From Sphyrna mokarran (taxonomy: Eukaryota), in the NCBI GenBank assembly GCA_024679065.1, contig JAGIQG010000002.1:117862001-117926000 (forward strand): 64,000 nt of DNA, read 5' to 3'. The notes beneath the pieces are model-generated. The model saw nothing but the letters and a program-made list of their open reading frames with translations. It ran no database searches and had not been told where the DNA came from. Position numbers and translations under genes: made by a program. Below, piece after piece: positions 12,445 through 25,696 of the stretch. Positions within the stretch are counted from its first letter, which is position 1; each line of letters starts with the position of its first letter.

Positions 12445-12755
12445 GTTGGACTAGTGATCTGCTAACATGAGCTTAAATCTTAATTTAGCAATCGAAGAAT
12501 TTAAATACCATTGATTAAATAAATTGGGAGTGTGATTTTAAAGAAAAGCTGGTATCAGTAAATGTAACCATGAAACTACTAGATTGTTGTAAAAACCCAA
12601 TTTGGTTTACAGATGTATTTTAGGAAAAAAAGTCTATGATCCTTAACTGATATGACTCTATATGCGCAGAAATGTGGTTAATCTTAAACTGTTCTTTTGA
12701 AATAGCCTAGCAAACTATTATGTTGTATTGAGGTGAGCAATAAATGCTGGTTTTG
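12445..12755 (+). mobile_element. tRNA-derived SINE (second family; copies also near 27310-27460 and 36070-36405)
   Basis: Shared GGACTAGT, CCATGAAACTAC...TTGTAAAAACCC, GAAATAGCCTAGCAA and GCAATAAATGCTGG blocks between the copies. Confidence 0.6.
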
Positions 12756-13092
12756 TGAGGGACCCTATTTCACCTTTGTTGTTTTTATATATGGTTATTA
12801 CTTAAAAGCATCTGCACATGAGCAGTCATTTCTAAAGTGCACACTGAAACTTATTTGCAACTGACAGACCTTCTCTATAAGTTGTGAAGGATAGCTACAG
12901 ACAAATGGATGAAGAAAACCACATTAGTGATCTATATAGGCAGAATTATTTATCAAAGACCATTGTTATGATTTTGAACCTGCATTCTCCACAAGCGCAA
13001 ACAGCTCCTTGAAATGAGAGTCTCGTCAGTGAGACTTTACTTTCTAATTCACCCACTTCCACCCCAGTCCTTGCGGCCCTGTAAAATCTTAG

Positions 13093-13200
13093 CAGTAACT
13101 CTCTTTGTCTCTCCACAGATGCTGCCAGAACTGCTAAGTATTTCCAGCATTTTCTGCTTATTTTACACACACCTAGCATCTGCAGTACATTGATTTTGAA
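13093..13200 (+). mobile_element. Penelope-type pseudo-LTR 3' part
   Basis: TCTCTCCACAGATGCTGCCAGAACTGCTAAGTATTTCCAGCATTTTCTG...AGCATCTGCAGTA, inverted relative to the 12232 copy. Confidence 0.55.
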
Positions 13201-13531
13201 TGGGATCTTACTGTTTGTCTTGCTGAAAGATTTCCAAATGCTAAGTGGCATTCTTCAAAGAAATTGAAACTCATGCATCTATTCGAATAACTATCTCATA
13301 AACGCCTCCTGGTACTTCACAGAAAATTAACTACATTGTGCAGTTGTGTTGTCCCTGCATTGTGCACAGTAACAACGTGTTTTGATGGCTTTGGTTGGGA
13401 AAAATATTTGCTCCAATACAGCAAGAACTCCCAGCGTTTCAAAGAATGCTGCAAGATCCTTATAGTCCTTCACAACTAATGATGGCGCCTCAGCTTATTG
13501 TCTCAACAAAAAGAACAATACACCTCTAGTA

Positions 13532-13825
13532 GGGGCGACACGTGGCACAGTGGTTAGCACTGCTGCATCACAGTACCAGGGACCTGAGTTTGATTCCCAG
13601 TTTGGGTCACTTGGGCATGTTTTCCTCATGTCTTTGTGGGTTTTTACCAGGTGCTCCAGTTTCCTGTCTCAGTTCAAAACATGTGCTGGTTAGTTGCATT
13701 GACCATGCTAAATTCTCCCTCAGTGTACCTAAACAAGCACCAGAATGTAGCAGCTAGGGAGAATTCACAATTACATCATTGTAGTGTTAATGTAAGCCTA
13801 CTTGTGACATTACTAAGTAAAGTTT
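13532..13825 (+). mobile_element. V-SINE with alternative (L2-like) tail
   Basis: GTGGCACAGTGGTTAGCACTGCTGC head and GTGTTAATGTAAGCCTACTTGTGAC tail. Relatives at 46535-46825 (-), ~56300-56440 and ~63280-63350. Confidence 0.8.
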
Positions 13826-14701
13826 TTTTTTAATTTAATACTTTAATAGTGGAGTGCTCCTACAGTAGTGCACCAAAGTTAAATAATAAAAGCTGTGCAG
13901 CCTTCTGAGGCAAGAGTTCCATCCATCTAACTTGATCATTTTGAAGTTTGTAATTTATTAACTAAAATATTAAATAATTAAAAGTAGATGAAACACGTAT
14001 ATTCACTAATATTTTAGAAAATTTTGTGGATAACATTAAATAAATAAAAATTTGGGATAATATGGAAAGGCTAGTCTTTCCTGACGTATAACTTAAAATG
14101 AGAACTTTTGAAATTAAACCATCACTCCATGTAAATTCATTAACTTTAACACAAGTGGCGCAAGGTTGTGCTAAATTGAGATAAAAAAAATCAGCTGTAA
14201 AAGATTTCAAATAAAGAGAAGCTTCTTTACATGGGGAATTGTGGGGCTGTGAAATTTGCTTTCAATTTTAATGATTGAAGCAAAAATTGTATCAATTCAT
14301 TATTAAATTACTTGAAGTAAAAATGAATGAAATGGTATAGAACCAGGATGGATATAATAATTCAGACTATTTGTGTGGAGGAATAAATGTTGACAGGGAC
14401 TGGTTGAGAAAAAGACTGTTTTCATGTCGTATTTTTATGTGTAATTCATAGAAAATCATGAAAATCCTTGTCTGTTATCTTTAGAGAGCAGCTTGTTAAA
14501 TCGGTCTCCCAGCAGTCGGGAATATGAGATATGTGCACCCTCTAGAGGCCAGAGTGGAAATTCTTAGGATGTTAACTCTTACATGAACAATTTTTAAAAA
14601 AATGAATCAAGACTATGTCACTTGGGGAATAACTGAGAATTTCTCGTGTGTTTATTGAAATACTAAATAAACAGCTTCAGGGTCCTTACAGAAATTAAAT
14701 A

Positions 14702-14990
14702 ACATAAGAAATAAAAGCAGAAGTAGACCAAATGTGTCATTGAACCTGCCCCTTTCAATGAAATCATGGATGATCTGTCTCGACCCCCTTTTCCCACCCA
14801 CATCCCATAATCCCTGATTCCCTGAGGGCCCAAACATCTGTTTATCTCAGCCTTAAATATGTTCAAGCATAGAACATCTACAGCCATTTGGGATAGAGAA
14901 TTCCAAAGATTCATAATCCTTTGAGTGAAGAAATTTCTCCTCATTTCAAATCAAATGATCACTCCCTTATTCAGATCCTGTGCCCCAGCC
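14702..14990 (-). mobile_element. Old CR1 3' end fragment
   Basis: ORF 14663-14944: MRRNFFTQRIMNLWNSL...FKAEINR. Confidence 0.8.
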
Positions 14991-16984
14991 CAGAATTGGT
15001 AATCTCTCACCAATAATATCCAGTGTCAATTTGAAGGTTGTAGCCTCAATCCCTGATTTACTAGTAGTAAAGTTTCTATAACTAACTTCAGTATCCCTGG
15101 ACCAACAAAGGCAAATAAACATCAACTTAACATATCATTATCTAACAACTCCTATTTTTAGAGTATGAGTCTGTTTGAGTGTAGACATGTGCACATGTTT
15201 GTAACAGTTGGTAACTTCAGGCTCAGTCATGATGCTTCCTGGAACTAAATAAGCTGCCAACATTATTGAAACTCTAAACTGAATTCAAGTTGCCTTCCAA
15301 AGAGAGGACACTCCAATCCGTTGAACAATGACGATTCTGGACACTAATAAAATAAAACTGAACATGACGAATTGAGAAGCAAAAATCATTCTCAGAATAA
15401 TTAAATAACAGATTTACTTAGTACCTTTCATGTGCTCCGGATGCTACACATGGCCTCCTATGAATTACTTTTTAAATTTAGTCATTTGCTTTATAAGCAA
15501 TCATGGCAACTATTTGCATACAACAGTTTTGAAATAATGACTAATTAATCAGTTTTGGTGGTGGCAATTAAAGAGATGTTGACCAGAACACTAGAGAGAA
15601 TACTCCTGTTTTTTTTAAATAAACAGAACCATAAGATTTGTCAGAAAGACGGGGGGCTGAATTTTCAATCCGTGGTCCCAATGCTAGGATGAATTTCAGG
15701 TCAGAGACCTGGGAAATGCTGGTCATGGGATGTGAAAGGTGATTTTGGAGGACACTACCAATTAATTGGAATCACTTTTGGAAAGATCAGCTGCCCCGGT
15801 GTCAGAGGTGAGAGTGCCGATGTAGAGAGATGATAGAGACATCCTCTGAAAGCATTTTACAGAACTGTCATTGTGGATGGGAAGTCCCTCTACTGGAGAT
15901 ATCCTTGCAAGGTGGAGTGCTGGCCCCAAGCCTAGTGCCTCTACCCCTCAGCTGTGTTTTGGCCTCAGCTGGGGCTTACATGCCAAAATGAAAATTCTGG
16001 TTGGTATCCAAGTGGCCTTAACAGGGCTTTTAAGTCCTTTAATTAGTTGCAAGAGTATGTTGATAAACCAGCACACCAACCAGTTATGGGAAATTGCTGA
16101 CCTGCCAATCTGTCTTGGACCTCAATTTGCCATCATATCTGAAAGATAGAGGTAGGGCAGCATTAGATTCAATATTCAAGTACTTTGAATGCAAGATCTT
16201 ATGACTAGGGGCTGCATCTAGTGGCCCAATTCGCCATGGATGCAAAATCTTGTTATACCCACTAAATCTCACAAGAGAGCTAACACGGGATTTGTGCCAG
16301 TGAGATCTCATTTTGAAATCTTTCCCCTTCCAGTGGGTGATGTGATCAAGTTTACCCCAGGGGTTGAGAGACAAGGTTGGGCATTGCTCCTTCGCACTGC
16401 CAAGTGAACACATGAAAGGGTGGTGTCAAGAGGGCTCTGGCAGGAGGGATAATCTTCTTCCATTGAGCAGAGGGTTCTCCATGTGTACAGTGAGCAAGTG
16501 ACAAGGGAGAGCCTCAATGTTGGATGGAGGATGGATCCAGATCTCTGTGGAGGATTGTGGGTTCTGTTTATGTAATTTTGGAATTGGAACAACCTTTAAA
16601 AACACTGCCCTGATCTTAGAATCCCAGTCTTGCCAATGTATTAACTCTGCCCACCCCCCACCCACTCCAAGCTGCCGCGTGATCCTCGCCAGCACTTTGA
16701 AATTGCTTTAGAGTGCTATTTAATCAGTCAAAAAATATTGTCTGAAACCAGCAAGTTTTACAAAGCTTTTGTGTGTGTGTCCCACATTTTGCCATATGTT
16801 TTTCTTAATCCTGTGCAAGACTTTTGTCTCCTGAATGATTTTGCTACAAAGTTTTTCAGCCCGAAGGAAACTCGTGTCCATATTAGCTGAATGAACAGGC
16901 CAGTAATAAACCAGCTGTGTTAAACTAGAGAAAATGGACATTCATTTCAAGCATGTTCAGTTATTAGTTGATTAGGAGTAAGGG

Positions 16985-17416
16985 ACTTCAGTAATATAGA
17001 GGTTAAAGAAGCTGAGATTGTGTTCCTTAGTGCAAAGAAGATTAAGTGAAGATTTAGTAGAGGTGTTCAAAGTTATGAAAGGATATTGATGGAGTAAATG
17101 AGCAAAAGCCTCTTCCACTGCTGCATGGTTTTGGTAACTAGAAGACATAAATTTAAGTTAATTGACAAATGAACCAGAGGTGAGATTAGATTCTATTTTA
17201 CACAGTCAATAATTATGATATGGAAAATATTAGTGAAGTTATATGGAAGCAGATTCAAAAGAAATTTTGAAAAGGAAATTGGATAATTACTTGAATTGGA
17301 AAAAATGTAGGACAATGGAGAAAGAGTAGGGAAGTGGGACTAAGTGGATAGTTCTTACAAAGATTCAGCACAAGTGTGATGGGCCGAATGGCTTCCTTCT
17401 GTGCTGTATATTCTCT
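16985..17416 (+). mobile_element. Old CR1 3' end fragment
   Basis: Degenerate RRLRGDL.EVFK coding and GATGGGCCGAATGGCTTCCTTCTGTGCTGT tail. Confidence 0.75.
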
Positions 17417-17417
17417 T

Positions 17418-17745
17418 TGATTTGATTTATTATTGTTACATTATTAGTGTACAATGAAAAGTATTGTTTCTTGTGCGCTGTATAGGCAGAGCACACTGTT
17501 CATAGAGGGAAATGGGAGAGTGCAGAATGTAGTGTTACAGTCATAGTTAGGATGTAGAGAAAGATCAACTTAATGCAAGGTAGGCCCATTCAAAAGTCTA
17601 ATGGCAGCAGGGATGAACCTGTCCTTGAGTCGGTTGGTACGTGACCTCAGACTTTTGTATCTTTTTCCTGGCGGAAGGTGGAAGAGAGAATGTCCAGGGT
17701 GCGTGGGGTCCTTAATTATGCTGGCTGCTTTGCCAAGGCAGTGGC
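17418..17745 (-). mobile_element. Rex1/Babar-type LINE 3' end
   Basis: Reverse complement of the family at 59170-59625; (TCAAA)n tail. Another minus copy lies at 57741-58100. Confidence 0.7.
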
Positions 17746-17947
17746 AAAGCTGTACGTTTTGTGCTGTTTATAATGTCCTGATGGTAATTATTGAGACTGA
17801 TATAGTTTAATATTGAACTTCAGCTCCTTAAAATAATGAGATGAATATAAATGTTGAATACTTTACTTTTTGGTTTGGTTGCTGATTCAATAAACTGAAC
17901 AGTTTTCTTTGCAACTAATTGATATTTCTCTCTGTTTTACTTCTGAG

Positions 17948-18123
17948 GTCTCCGCCATGTCTCCGATGACCAGAAGAGCCACAAGAATCCAAATCTCCGT
18001 CAACGGAGTGGAATTGTCAATTCTCCATCAAAAAGTCCCTTGATCAGTCCTACATCTCCCATGTCCCCTCCACAACAGCTGAGAAACCCTGTGCTGGAGC
18101 TGGAAGGAAAGAAGTGGAAAGTG
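17948..18123 (+). CDS. CAP2: CAP2 exon: (G)LRHVSDDQKSHKNPNLR...PVLELEGKKWKV
   Basis: Phase 1 to 0, in frame with the previous exon. LRHV WH2 motif and ELEGKKW start of the C-CAP domain. Acceptor is GAG, donor GTAAAT. Confidence 0.95.
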
Positions 18124-20001
18124 GTAAATATAATAAAGTTATTGATCTGTATATCTATGATGTTAATGTCAAGACTTAAATTACAATATCTTACAACCAA
18201 GTACTGATAGATGGTATTCCATTCCATCCAGAAAGAAAGAACTTGCATTTATAATTAACCATCTGTTGGTGATATCAACTTTACCTTCTTGTCTGCCCTT
18301 TATAACCCTCGACTCTCTTGTGTAACAAAAATCTTCAATAGATTCAATGACCCAGCATCTATTTCTATCCTGAGAAGAAAACTCCACGTACAAACGGTCT
18401 TTTTGCGTCTCTTGCCAAATTCAATGAGTTTTGGAAGTTAGGTGATATGGTTATTGCTACCGGGGTCTCAAACACTGTTGGCAGATAATTATCATTGAGA
18501 CACAAGTTTCCATTGGAAATTTCTGTCCCCAAATTTAGACCACACAAATTAATTAAAGGCAGAACTGAGTGATGTATCACAAGATTGATAGACTTTAGAA
18601 ATCTTATTTATTTCAGTTGACCATTTTGATAAAATAGAAACCACAAAAAATTGACTCAAATATCAAGAGATTTCACTGTTCACTTGGACACATTTTTAAG
18701 ACAATTACCTGAAACCATGGTATAATGCTTAATGATTGAGCCCTCAGAAAGGAGCATTTATTGATTCACTTATTGCAACAAACATCCCCACTCAGCTTGG
18801 TATAGGATACTGTCTAAATCACAAATCTGTTTGTTTCCAATGATAAAATGGATAGTAGTGTTCATGCACATAAAGTACAATTAAAACCAGCACAACCTCT
18901 TCCAAGTTACAACTACTTGATATGAAGCTATTTAGATAAATTACGAAGGTATAGTTACCATTCTTCTATTGCTTTCCAACTGAACTTTTGGCTTTTGATT
19001 CATGCATGCAGTTTCTGAAAATATTGGGCACTGTTGAATAAATAATAACATCCCAAAATTTACAGTAAAATAACAGTCAATGCTCCATTACTTGTTTCTG
19101 TTTAACTGAACATTAGAAATTCTTCCATTGACTATCTTCCATTTAAATCATTTATAAGTTCTCTTTTTAGCATTTTGAAAATAATCCAGATGGAACATGG
19201 TGTAAAAAAGCAATGGGGATGTGGATTTAATTAAGTTTTTGTTCTTTAAATAAGCATTATTTACTTAAAATGCTTAAGATTTTTCATCTCTCACAGAACG
19301 TTTGCAAAAAAAATTGTTTTTAAAACATTTTACTTTAACTTCTTTTGGCTAACTTTAGTGAAGTTGACAGTAATTGTTTCTGACTGTCATTTATGATCAC
19401 CAATACATTACTCAGTGTTGTATAAAGTACAATAGTGACATCTAGTGTTAGTGAGCCATCTCGTAGAACAACATCGTTTCGTTGATCCATTTTGGATAAA
19501 GCTATCCCAAAACAGCTTCTTGTTTCTTTTTGAAAGACATTTAGGGAGTAATTTGTTTGACACTATTTGTTAGACTGTGTATAATTCATTACATGCCATC
19601 AGTGAGTCCGGCTTAAATGAGGATTGTTTTTGAATTTAGCTTTGATTCTATGAAGTGTAAATTTGATATCTTTATCATTCCCTCTCACTACGGTCTTTGC
19701 CAGGATCAAACTGTCCTCGATAAAACAGCACCAAGATATCACTTGCCCACCCTGAAGTATACACTGGGCATTCAGATTTGTGAATGTTGCTATTGGCACG
19801 ACTTAAGAGTGACCTGTTGAATGAGGTGATTAGTTGGCATGATAAAAAGGAAGAAGTACCTGTGCGACAGATTGCAGATAGAAAATACAATGGAGAATCA
19901 TGGTGAATATAGGAAGAAAGACCAGAGGAGAAGCGAAACTAATCTGAAAAGCAAAGAGGAAGCATGAAAAGAGACTAATAGCTAACATAAAATAGCATCT
20001 C

Positions 20002-21620
20002 TGTGTGATAATCTTACCAAGGCCAGTCTTCCGTCATCAATCGCCCTTTATTTTCAGTGTGCATAAATAACCATTTCTGCAGCTACAACATACAGATCAA
20101 GCCCCACAGTCCTTCGAGCCAGCTAGTTTTAAACCCTCTGCTGCTTTATTAGTTAAGCCATCACATAGAAAAAAAATGACAGCACAATACAGGCCCTTCG
20201 GCCCACAAAATTGTGCCGAACGTTTCCCTACCTTACAGATTATTAGGCTTACCTATAACCCTCTATCTTATTAAGTTCCATGTACTTAGCTAAAAGTCTC
20301 TTAAAAGACCCTAAAGAATCTGTCTCCACCGCCATTGCCGGCAGCCCATTCCATGCACCTACCACTGACATCTCCTCTATACCTTCTCTCCAGCACTTTA
20401 AACTTGTGTCTTCTTGTGGCAACCATTTTAGCCCTGGGAAAAAGCCTCTGACTATCCACTCGATCAATACCTCTCAATATTTTATACGCCTCTATCAGGT
20501 TACTCTTCATCCTTTGTCTCTTCAAGGAGAAAAAGCCAAACTCCCTCAATCTATCCTCAAAGTATGCTCCCAATCCAGGCAACATCCTTGTAAATCTCCT
20601 CTGCACCCTTTCTATGGCCTACACATCCTTCCTATAATGAGGTGACCAGAACTGAGCACAATAGTCCAAGCAGAGTCTGAACAGAGTCCTATGTAGCTGC
20701 AACATTATTTCTCGACTCCTAAACTCAATTCCTTGGTTGATGAAGGCCAGTACATCATATGCCTTCTTAATCACAGCTTCAGCCTGCACAGCTGCTTTGA
20801 GCGTCCTATGAACTCGGATCCCAAGATCCTACTGGTCTTCCACACTGCCAAGAATCTACCGTTAATATTATATTCTGCCATCCTATTTGACCTGCCAAAA
20901 TGAACCACTTCACACTTATCTGAGTTGAACTCCGTCTGCCACTTTTCTGCTCAATCTTGCATCCTATCAATGTCTCGCCGCAACTTCTGACATCCCTCCA
21001 CATTATCCACAATACCCCCAACTTTTGTGACATCGGCAAACTTATCAAACCATCCCTCCACTTTCTCATCCGGATCATTTATAAATAAGGGAGCTTGTAC
21101 TGTACAAGGTTCACAGAAGGATCTATTAGCGATCCTCTGTGGCCATCGTAAGATCCCTCCCCCTTCAGTCCGTTTCTTCCAGTACACAGCTGCGTATTGG
21201 CCTTTTCAGCATTTGGCGATCAGCCTGTGATCAATTGGCGGCAATACTGGATCTGTGATTGTGGAGCGGATCAGAGACCTTCACTTCCGAAGGGATTGTT
21301 GTAAAGCCACTGACGCCAATTCTTCCTGTTGTTTTACTCCAGCTGCATTGCCAGTATCTTCTGCTTCTACTTCGGAATCCGTGCCTTCATTATACGAAGG
21401 TACGAGTGTAGGGTTGTCTTCTGACAATAGTCATCTCCATGAGGCTTGCACTGGCACAGGCTCCCTACTCTTGAGATGATCCAGATGCTTCCTCACAACT
21501 TTGCCCAGCACTTAGACCTTATAAGACATAGGCCCCGTTTTTTTCCATTATGATCTGGGGATCCAACTGTGACCATGCTGAAAGTTCCTCACGTGGACTG
21601 AGTCACCAGTCTTGAACGTT
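20002..21620 (-). mobile_element. Gypsy-type LTR retrotransposon remnant (integrase C-terminus, PPT, 3' LTR), LTR interrupted by a CR1
   Basis: Minus translation FKTGDSVHVRNFQHGHSW...KKTGPMSYKV...VRKHLDHLK. Polypurine tract GAAGGGGGAGGGA (21154-21166). LTR ends ...ACA at 20002 with AATAAA upstream. Confidence 0.65.
20165..21085 (-). mobile_element. CR1 RT/3' fragment inserted in the Gypsy LTR
   Basis: ORFs FINDPDEKVEGWFDKFADVTKVGG and QRRFTRMLPGL...NLIEAYKILRGIDRVD. Confidence 0.9.
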
Positions 21621-21659
21621 TTTTCAAAATTCTTTTCAAGAAGTGTCAAGTTTTTGTAA

Positions 21660-22570
21660 AAACAAGTAATTCACAATTTTTTCTCGGTGGGAGTTCAGAG
21701 AAGAATCTCCCACACTCTGTGCACTGCAGAGATCACGAGCGTGCATATCGTAAAGCTGTGGCGGAACCTATGCCTACTGATGAGGCCGGCAGCATAGCAC
21801 TGAGCAGACCACTGTGCATGTGCACCGATCTGTCAGCATTGAGTGGCCCCCGCACTGCCGGCCTTCCGCCATGGCCTGCTTGCTGACCCCACTGTCGCCA
21901 CCTGCCTCCCTGCAAGTATACCCCCCACCCCCAACAACGCCAATCCTTCCCCACACCGAATCCCCCTCCCCGTCCAGCAGGCTACACCTTTTCCAGACCA
22001 TTCTGATTGTTGGCCTCCCTTTTCGCCCACTGATGCTGACTGCAGAACGGCAGTGGGTCTCACCAGCCCCACCGATTAACCCCCAAAGGGACCTGCCTCT
22101 ATAGGCCCTTCCCTTGGCACTGCCCCTGGCCTGATGGACAGTAAGAAATCTGACAACACCAGGTTTAAGTCCATGTCAAGGTGCTCCTGGGCAGTGGCAC
22201 TTTCCTCTTGGGTAGTGCCGGGGGCACAGACTGGCACTGCCAGGGCACCAATGCCCATGATGCTCCCACTGCCTGATTTCTGGGGAGGCCCTAATTGCCC
22301 TCCCCTTCACTCCGGTGGGATCAGGGCACTAGTTTCCTGAGCCATTGTAATCCCAGCTCAAGTGGACCACTTTGGTGGTGGGGGGGGGGTATTAAAATGA
22401 TTTCCGCATCTCTCTGCCAATTTCCAGCGCTGAGCTGATACTGCCAGAAATCCATGTTGGGAGACGGCATCACGGTGGGAACACGCGCAAATCCCATGAA
22501 TTGGCCAATACGAGAATCACCCAGACCACTGCACTAAAAATTAGAGCAGCAGGATGAGAGAATCGCAGCC
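21660..22570. mobile_element. GC-rich non-autonomous DNA-transposon-like element (inverted relative of 28770-29455)
   Basis: GCATGTGCACCGATCTGTCAGC is the reverse complement of GCTGACAGATCAGCACAGG near 29230. Shared TGGCAC/TGCCAG-rich body. Confidence 0.45.
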
Positions 22571-22987
22571 TGTATCTGTAGTCTCCACAGTGATGTTTGC
22601 TTCCAGGAGCAAAAAAACAACTAGCTTTGTGTAAAATATTAATGTAACCTACACATTCCGAAGAGAATCAGAAAATTAATGGAGAAGGATACATTCAGCC
22701 CACTATGTTTGCACAAAACAAGAAGTGCTTTCTAGCCAATCGCACTTTACAGTTTTGGGCCATAGCCCTGAATGTTTTGTCACTTCAAGTGCCTATCCAA
22801 TATTTTAAATATAGTGAGAGTTTTTGCCTCTACCATTCTTTTAGGCAGTAAATTCTAGCTTCCTTACTCTGTTCCCCTCGTCACCACCACCTTCTAGATG
22901 AAAACATTTCTCCTGAATTCCCCTCTATCCTTCTGTCTGTTACTTTATATCTATGCTTCGTGAGGGATTATTGACTGCTCTGCTAAT

Positions 22988-24258
22988 TGTGAAGGAATCA
23001 GACACTGCTGCCTGCCTCTCTGTTGTGGAAGGACTTCAAGTTCCAACATGGCCAAGAGTTCCAGGGCAAGTTCAGAGAGTGAAAGGGACAACAGGCTGTC
23101 CTTGAACAAGGATACCACCTCGGACAGGACACAAAAATCTGATCACGCGATCATGGTTTTGGGGCAGGAAAAGGGGCCACGTTATGAGGTGGTCCGAAGC
23201 TGAAAAGGCAGCAAGAAGTTGTCACCTCCATGCAGCTGTTTAGTTCCCCTCAGAGAGGCCCAGGAGTAGAAGTTGCTTAGTGCAACTTGGGGAGATTAGG
23301 ATTTGGGAAAGAATAAAAGCAGTTGTTGGCGTCAGTGTGACCTCGTAGTCAGGACTGTGCCTGTGTTTAGACACTGGAGTATAGCCTGGCCAACACAGAA
23401 GGATGCAGTCTCAGCAGAAGTTTAGCTCAGCTCGAAAAGAAACCAAGAAGGCTGGACTTGGAAGCAGATGTGAAAGAGGTCTGGAATACTGTGCCTTTTC
23501 AGTGAGGATTGTACCCATGAAACTCAGGTGGATCAGAGTATCTCTTTGAAAGGCAGGAATTTAAATTCCTCATGAGGAAGACAGAGTTTTACAAATTTCC
23601 GTTGACTCAGGAATGACTGACACCGGGTTAGTTACTGAGAAATGCAAAGGATCTGTCTTGGTTGTGTCTGCTGTTTTACTATGCAATTTGTGGTAGATTC
23701 AACCACAGTTTGCCTGTTAATTTATGATCAGTCATATTGATTCTGGATGTTAAATATAAGATAGATAGTATTGACTACATTCTGTGTTGACTCTTGTAAA
23801 GTAAAATCTCTTCTGTTTGTTTAAAATCATGGAATCTTGTGGTTTTATTCTCAAAGAACAAAACAGCACAGGAAACAGGCCCTTCGGCCCAACAAGCCCG
23901 CGCCACCACCCCGATGTTCCCACCTCTACCTGCAATCCCTGTCCATGTTTATAGATCTATGGATTAAAAACCAAATTTGAGACAATTTAGGGAGAATTTG
24001 TTTTGCCAATTAGCCTAAGAGCACATCTTTGGGATGTGGAGGAAACCGGAGCACCCGGAGAAAACCCACACAAGCACAGGGAGAATATGCAAACTCCCAC
24101 AGACACAGGCCCAAATCCATGTATCTGCACAGCACAGCGATAGTCACTGAGCTGTTGTGTTGCCCATCAAATGGTCAACGCTCTCTTAATAAGTAATTGA
24201 GAATTCAAATTTCATCACTCTAATCAAAATGTTATTGGTCCCTAAACAGATTGTAACA
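22988..24258 (+). mobile_element. Solo LTR (TGT...ACA) with 4-bp TSD TAAT, inserted in an old minus-strand CR1 (~22700-24600)
   Basis: TAAT at 22984-22987 and 24259-24262. The host reads continuously TCTGCTAAT|GGGAATAGG when the insert is removed. Orientation is tentative. Confidence 0.75.
23852..24176 (-). mobile_element. V-domain/CR1-tail retroposon (truncated copy of the 46086-46418 sequence) inserted in the solo LTR
   Basis: Near-identical reverse complement of 46086-46411. Confidence 0.9.
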
Positions 24259-25396
24259 TAATGGGAATAGGCCCTTCCTATCCACTCAACTGGTCCCCTT
24301 ATTTTATACACTTCAATTGAATCTCCCCTCAGGCTTCTCTAGTTTCACAGAAACCAACCCCAGCCTCTCCAATCTTTCCTCATAACTAAAATTCTCCATT
24401 CCTGCAAACTTGTAAATCTCTTTTGTACCCTGTCTAATGAGATTGCATCCTTCCTGTAACGTGGTGCCAGAATTTTATGCGGTACTTAAGCTGTGGCCTA
24501 ACTGGTATTTTATGCAGTCATAGCAGAACCATCCTGCTCTTTTATTACCATGGCTGGAATAATAAAAGGAAGTATCCCATGTTCTTTCTTAACAACTGTA
24601 TCTACCTGACACTTGCCTGAAATTCGGCATTAACTTATGTCCTGCTGAAAGTCTGGGATCGTCACTATTTGCACCAAACCTGAAGGAGCTTCTTACATTG
24701 TGATGCAAACAACGCCAGAGCTCAAAGTGCAGATAATACCTAATGAAAAAGAGGAGTAACCTTTGAATTTGCATACTTAAGCTATGTGCTGGTGTCACAC
24801 TGAGTTCACAAAATTGACTCATTGAAGGAAAGCATGATTCATTAAATCCAAAATCCTGCTCAAACCTTTGCTTTTATGCACAACATTCCTGACAGATTGT
24901 TAAAAGTGTCTAAGAAAGAGTCTTTGTAACCCAGTTCATCTCAAAGGATTCCAAATTTGTGCTTTGAAAGTCAATCGATTTTAAGAAAATGGAAGATTTA
25001 GGAGTGTTGAAGTCCTGGGAAAGAATGAACCGAACTATGAACAGATGTAACAAATCTTAATCAACAGATGAGATGTACAGACATGTACAGGCTGGTGATT
25101 TGGAACGTAGGAAGAGCTAGATTTGAGTCTATGAAATAGAAATTGGTCCTCACCATGCTCAATTTCTAAGCAAAAATAAGAGCTGAAGTGGAAAACTTCT
25201 AGAAGGCATTAACCTCCTACCAGATCTGCACTTTCATTGTGAGAGCTCCCACAAACAAACTGATTTCAGAAGGCTGCCAGAAACAGATGTTAAGTCAGAT
25301 TTTGTTGTAAATGAGAGCAGGATTTAGCACCCTGCGTGCCACTGGGATCATCCAATCCTGCTGAAAATCAATGGACTTTTGGCTGGACCTTCGAGT

Positions 25397-25696
25397 AGAA
25401 TCATAGAATCCCAACAGTGTAGAAGGAGGCCATTCAGCCCATCAGGTCTGCACCAACCACAATTCCACCCAGGCCCTATTCCCATAACCCCATATATTTA
25501 CCCTACTAATCCCCCTAACAATAGGGTCAATTTAGCATGACCAATGTACCTAACCCGCACATCTTTATCTGTGGGAGGAAACCAGAGCATCTGAAGGAAA
25601 ACCACGCAAACAGAAGGAAAATGTACAAACTCCACACAAACATGACCCGAGGCTGGAATTGAACCCTTGGCACTGAGGTACCAGTGCTAACCATTA
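25397..25696 (-). mobile_element. HE1/V-SINE
   Basis: Reverse complement of the 8191 family (TAGAATCATAGAATCCC tail, TGTACAAACTCCACAC, GTGCTAACCA). Confidence 0.85.
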
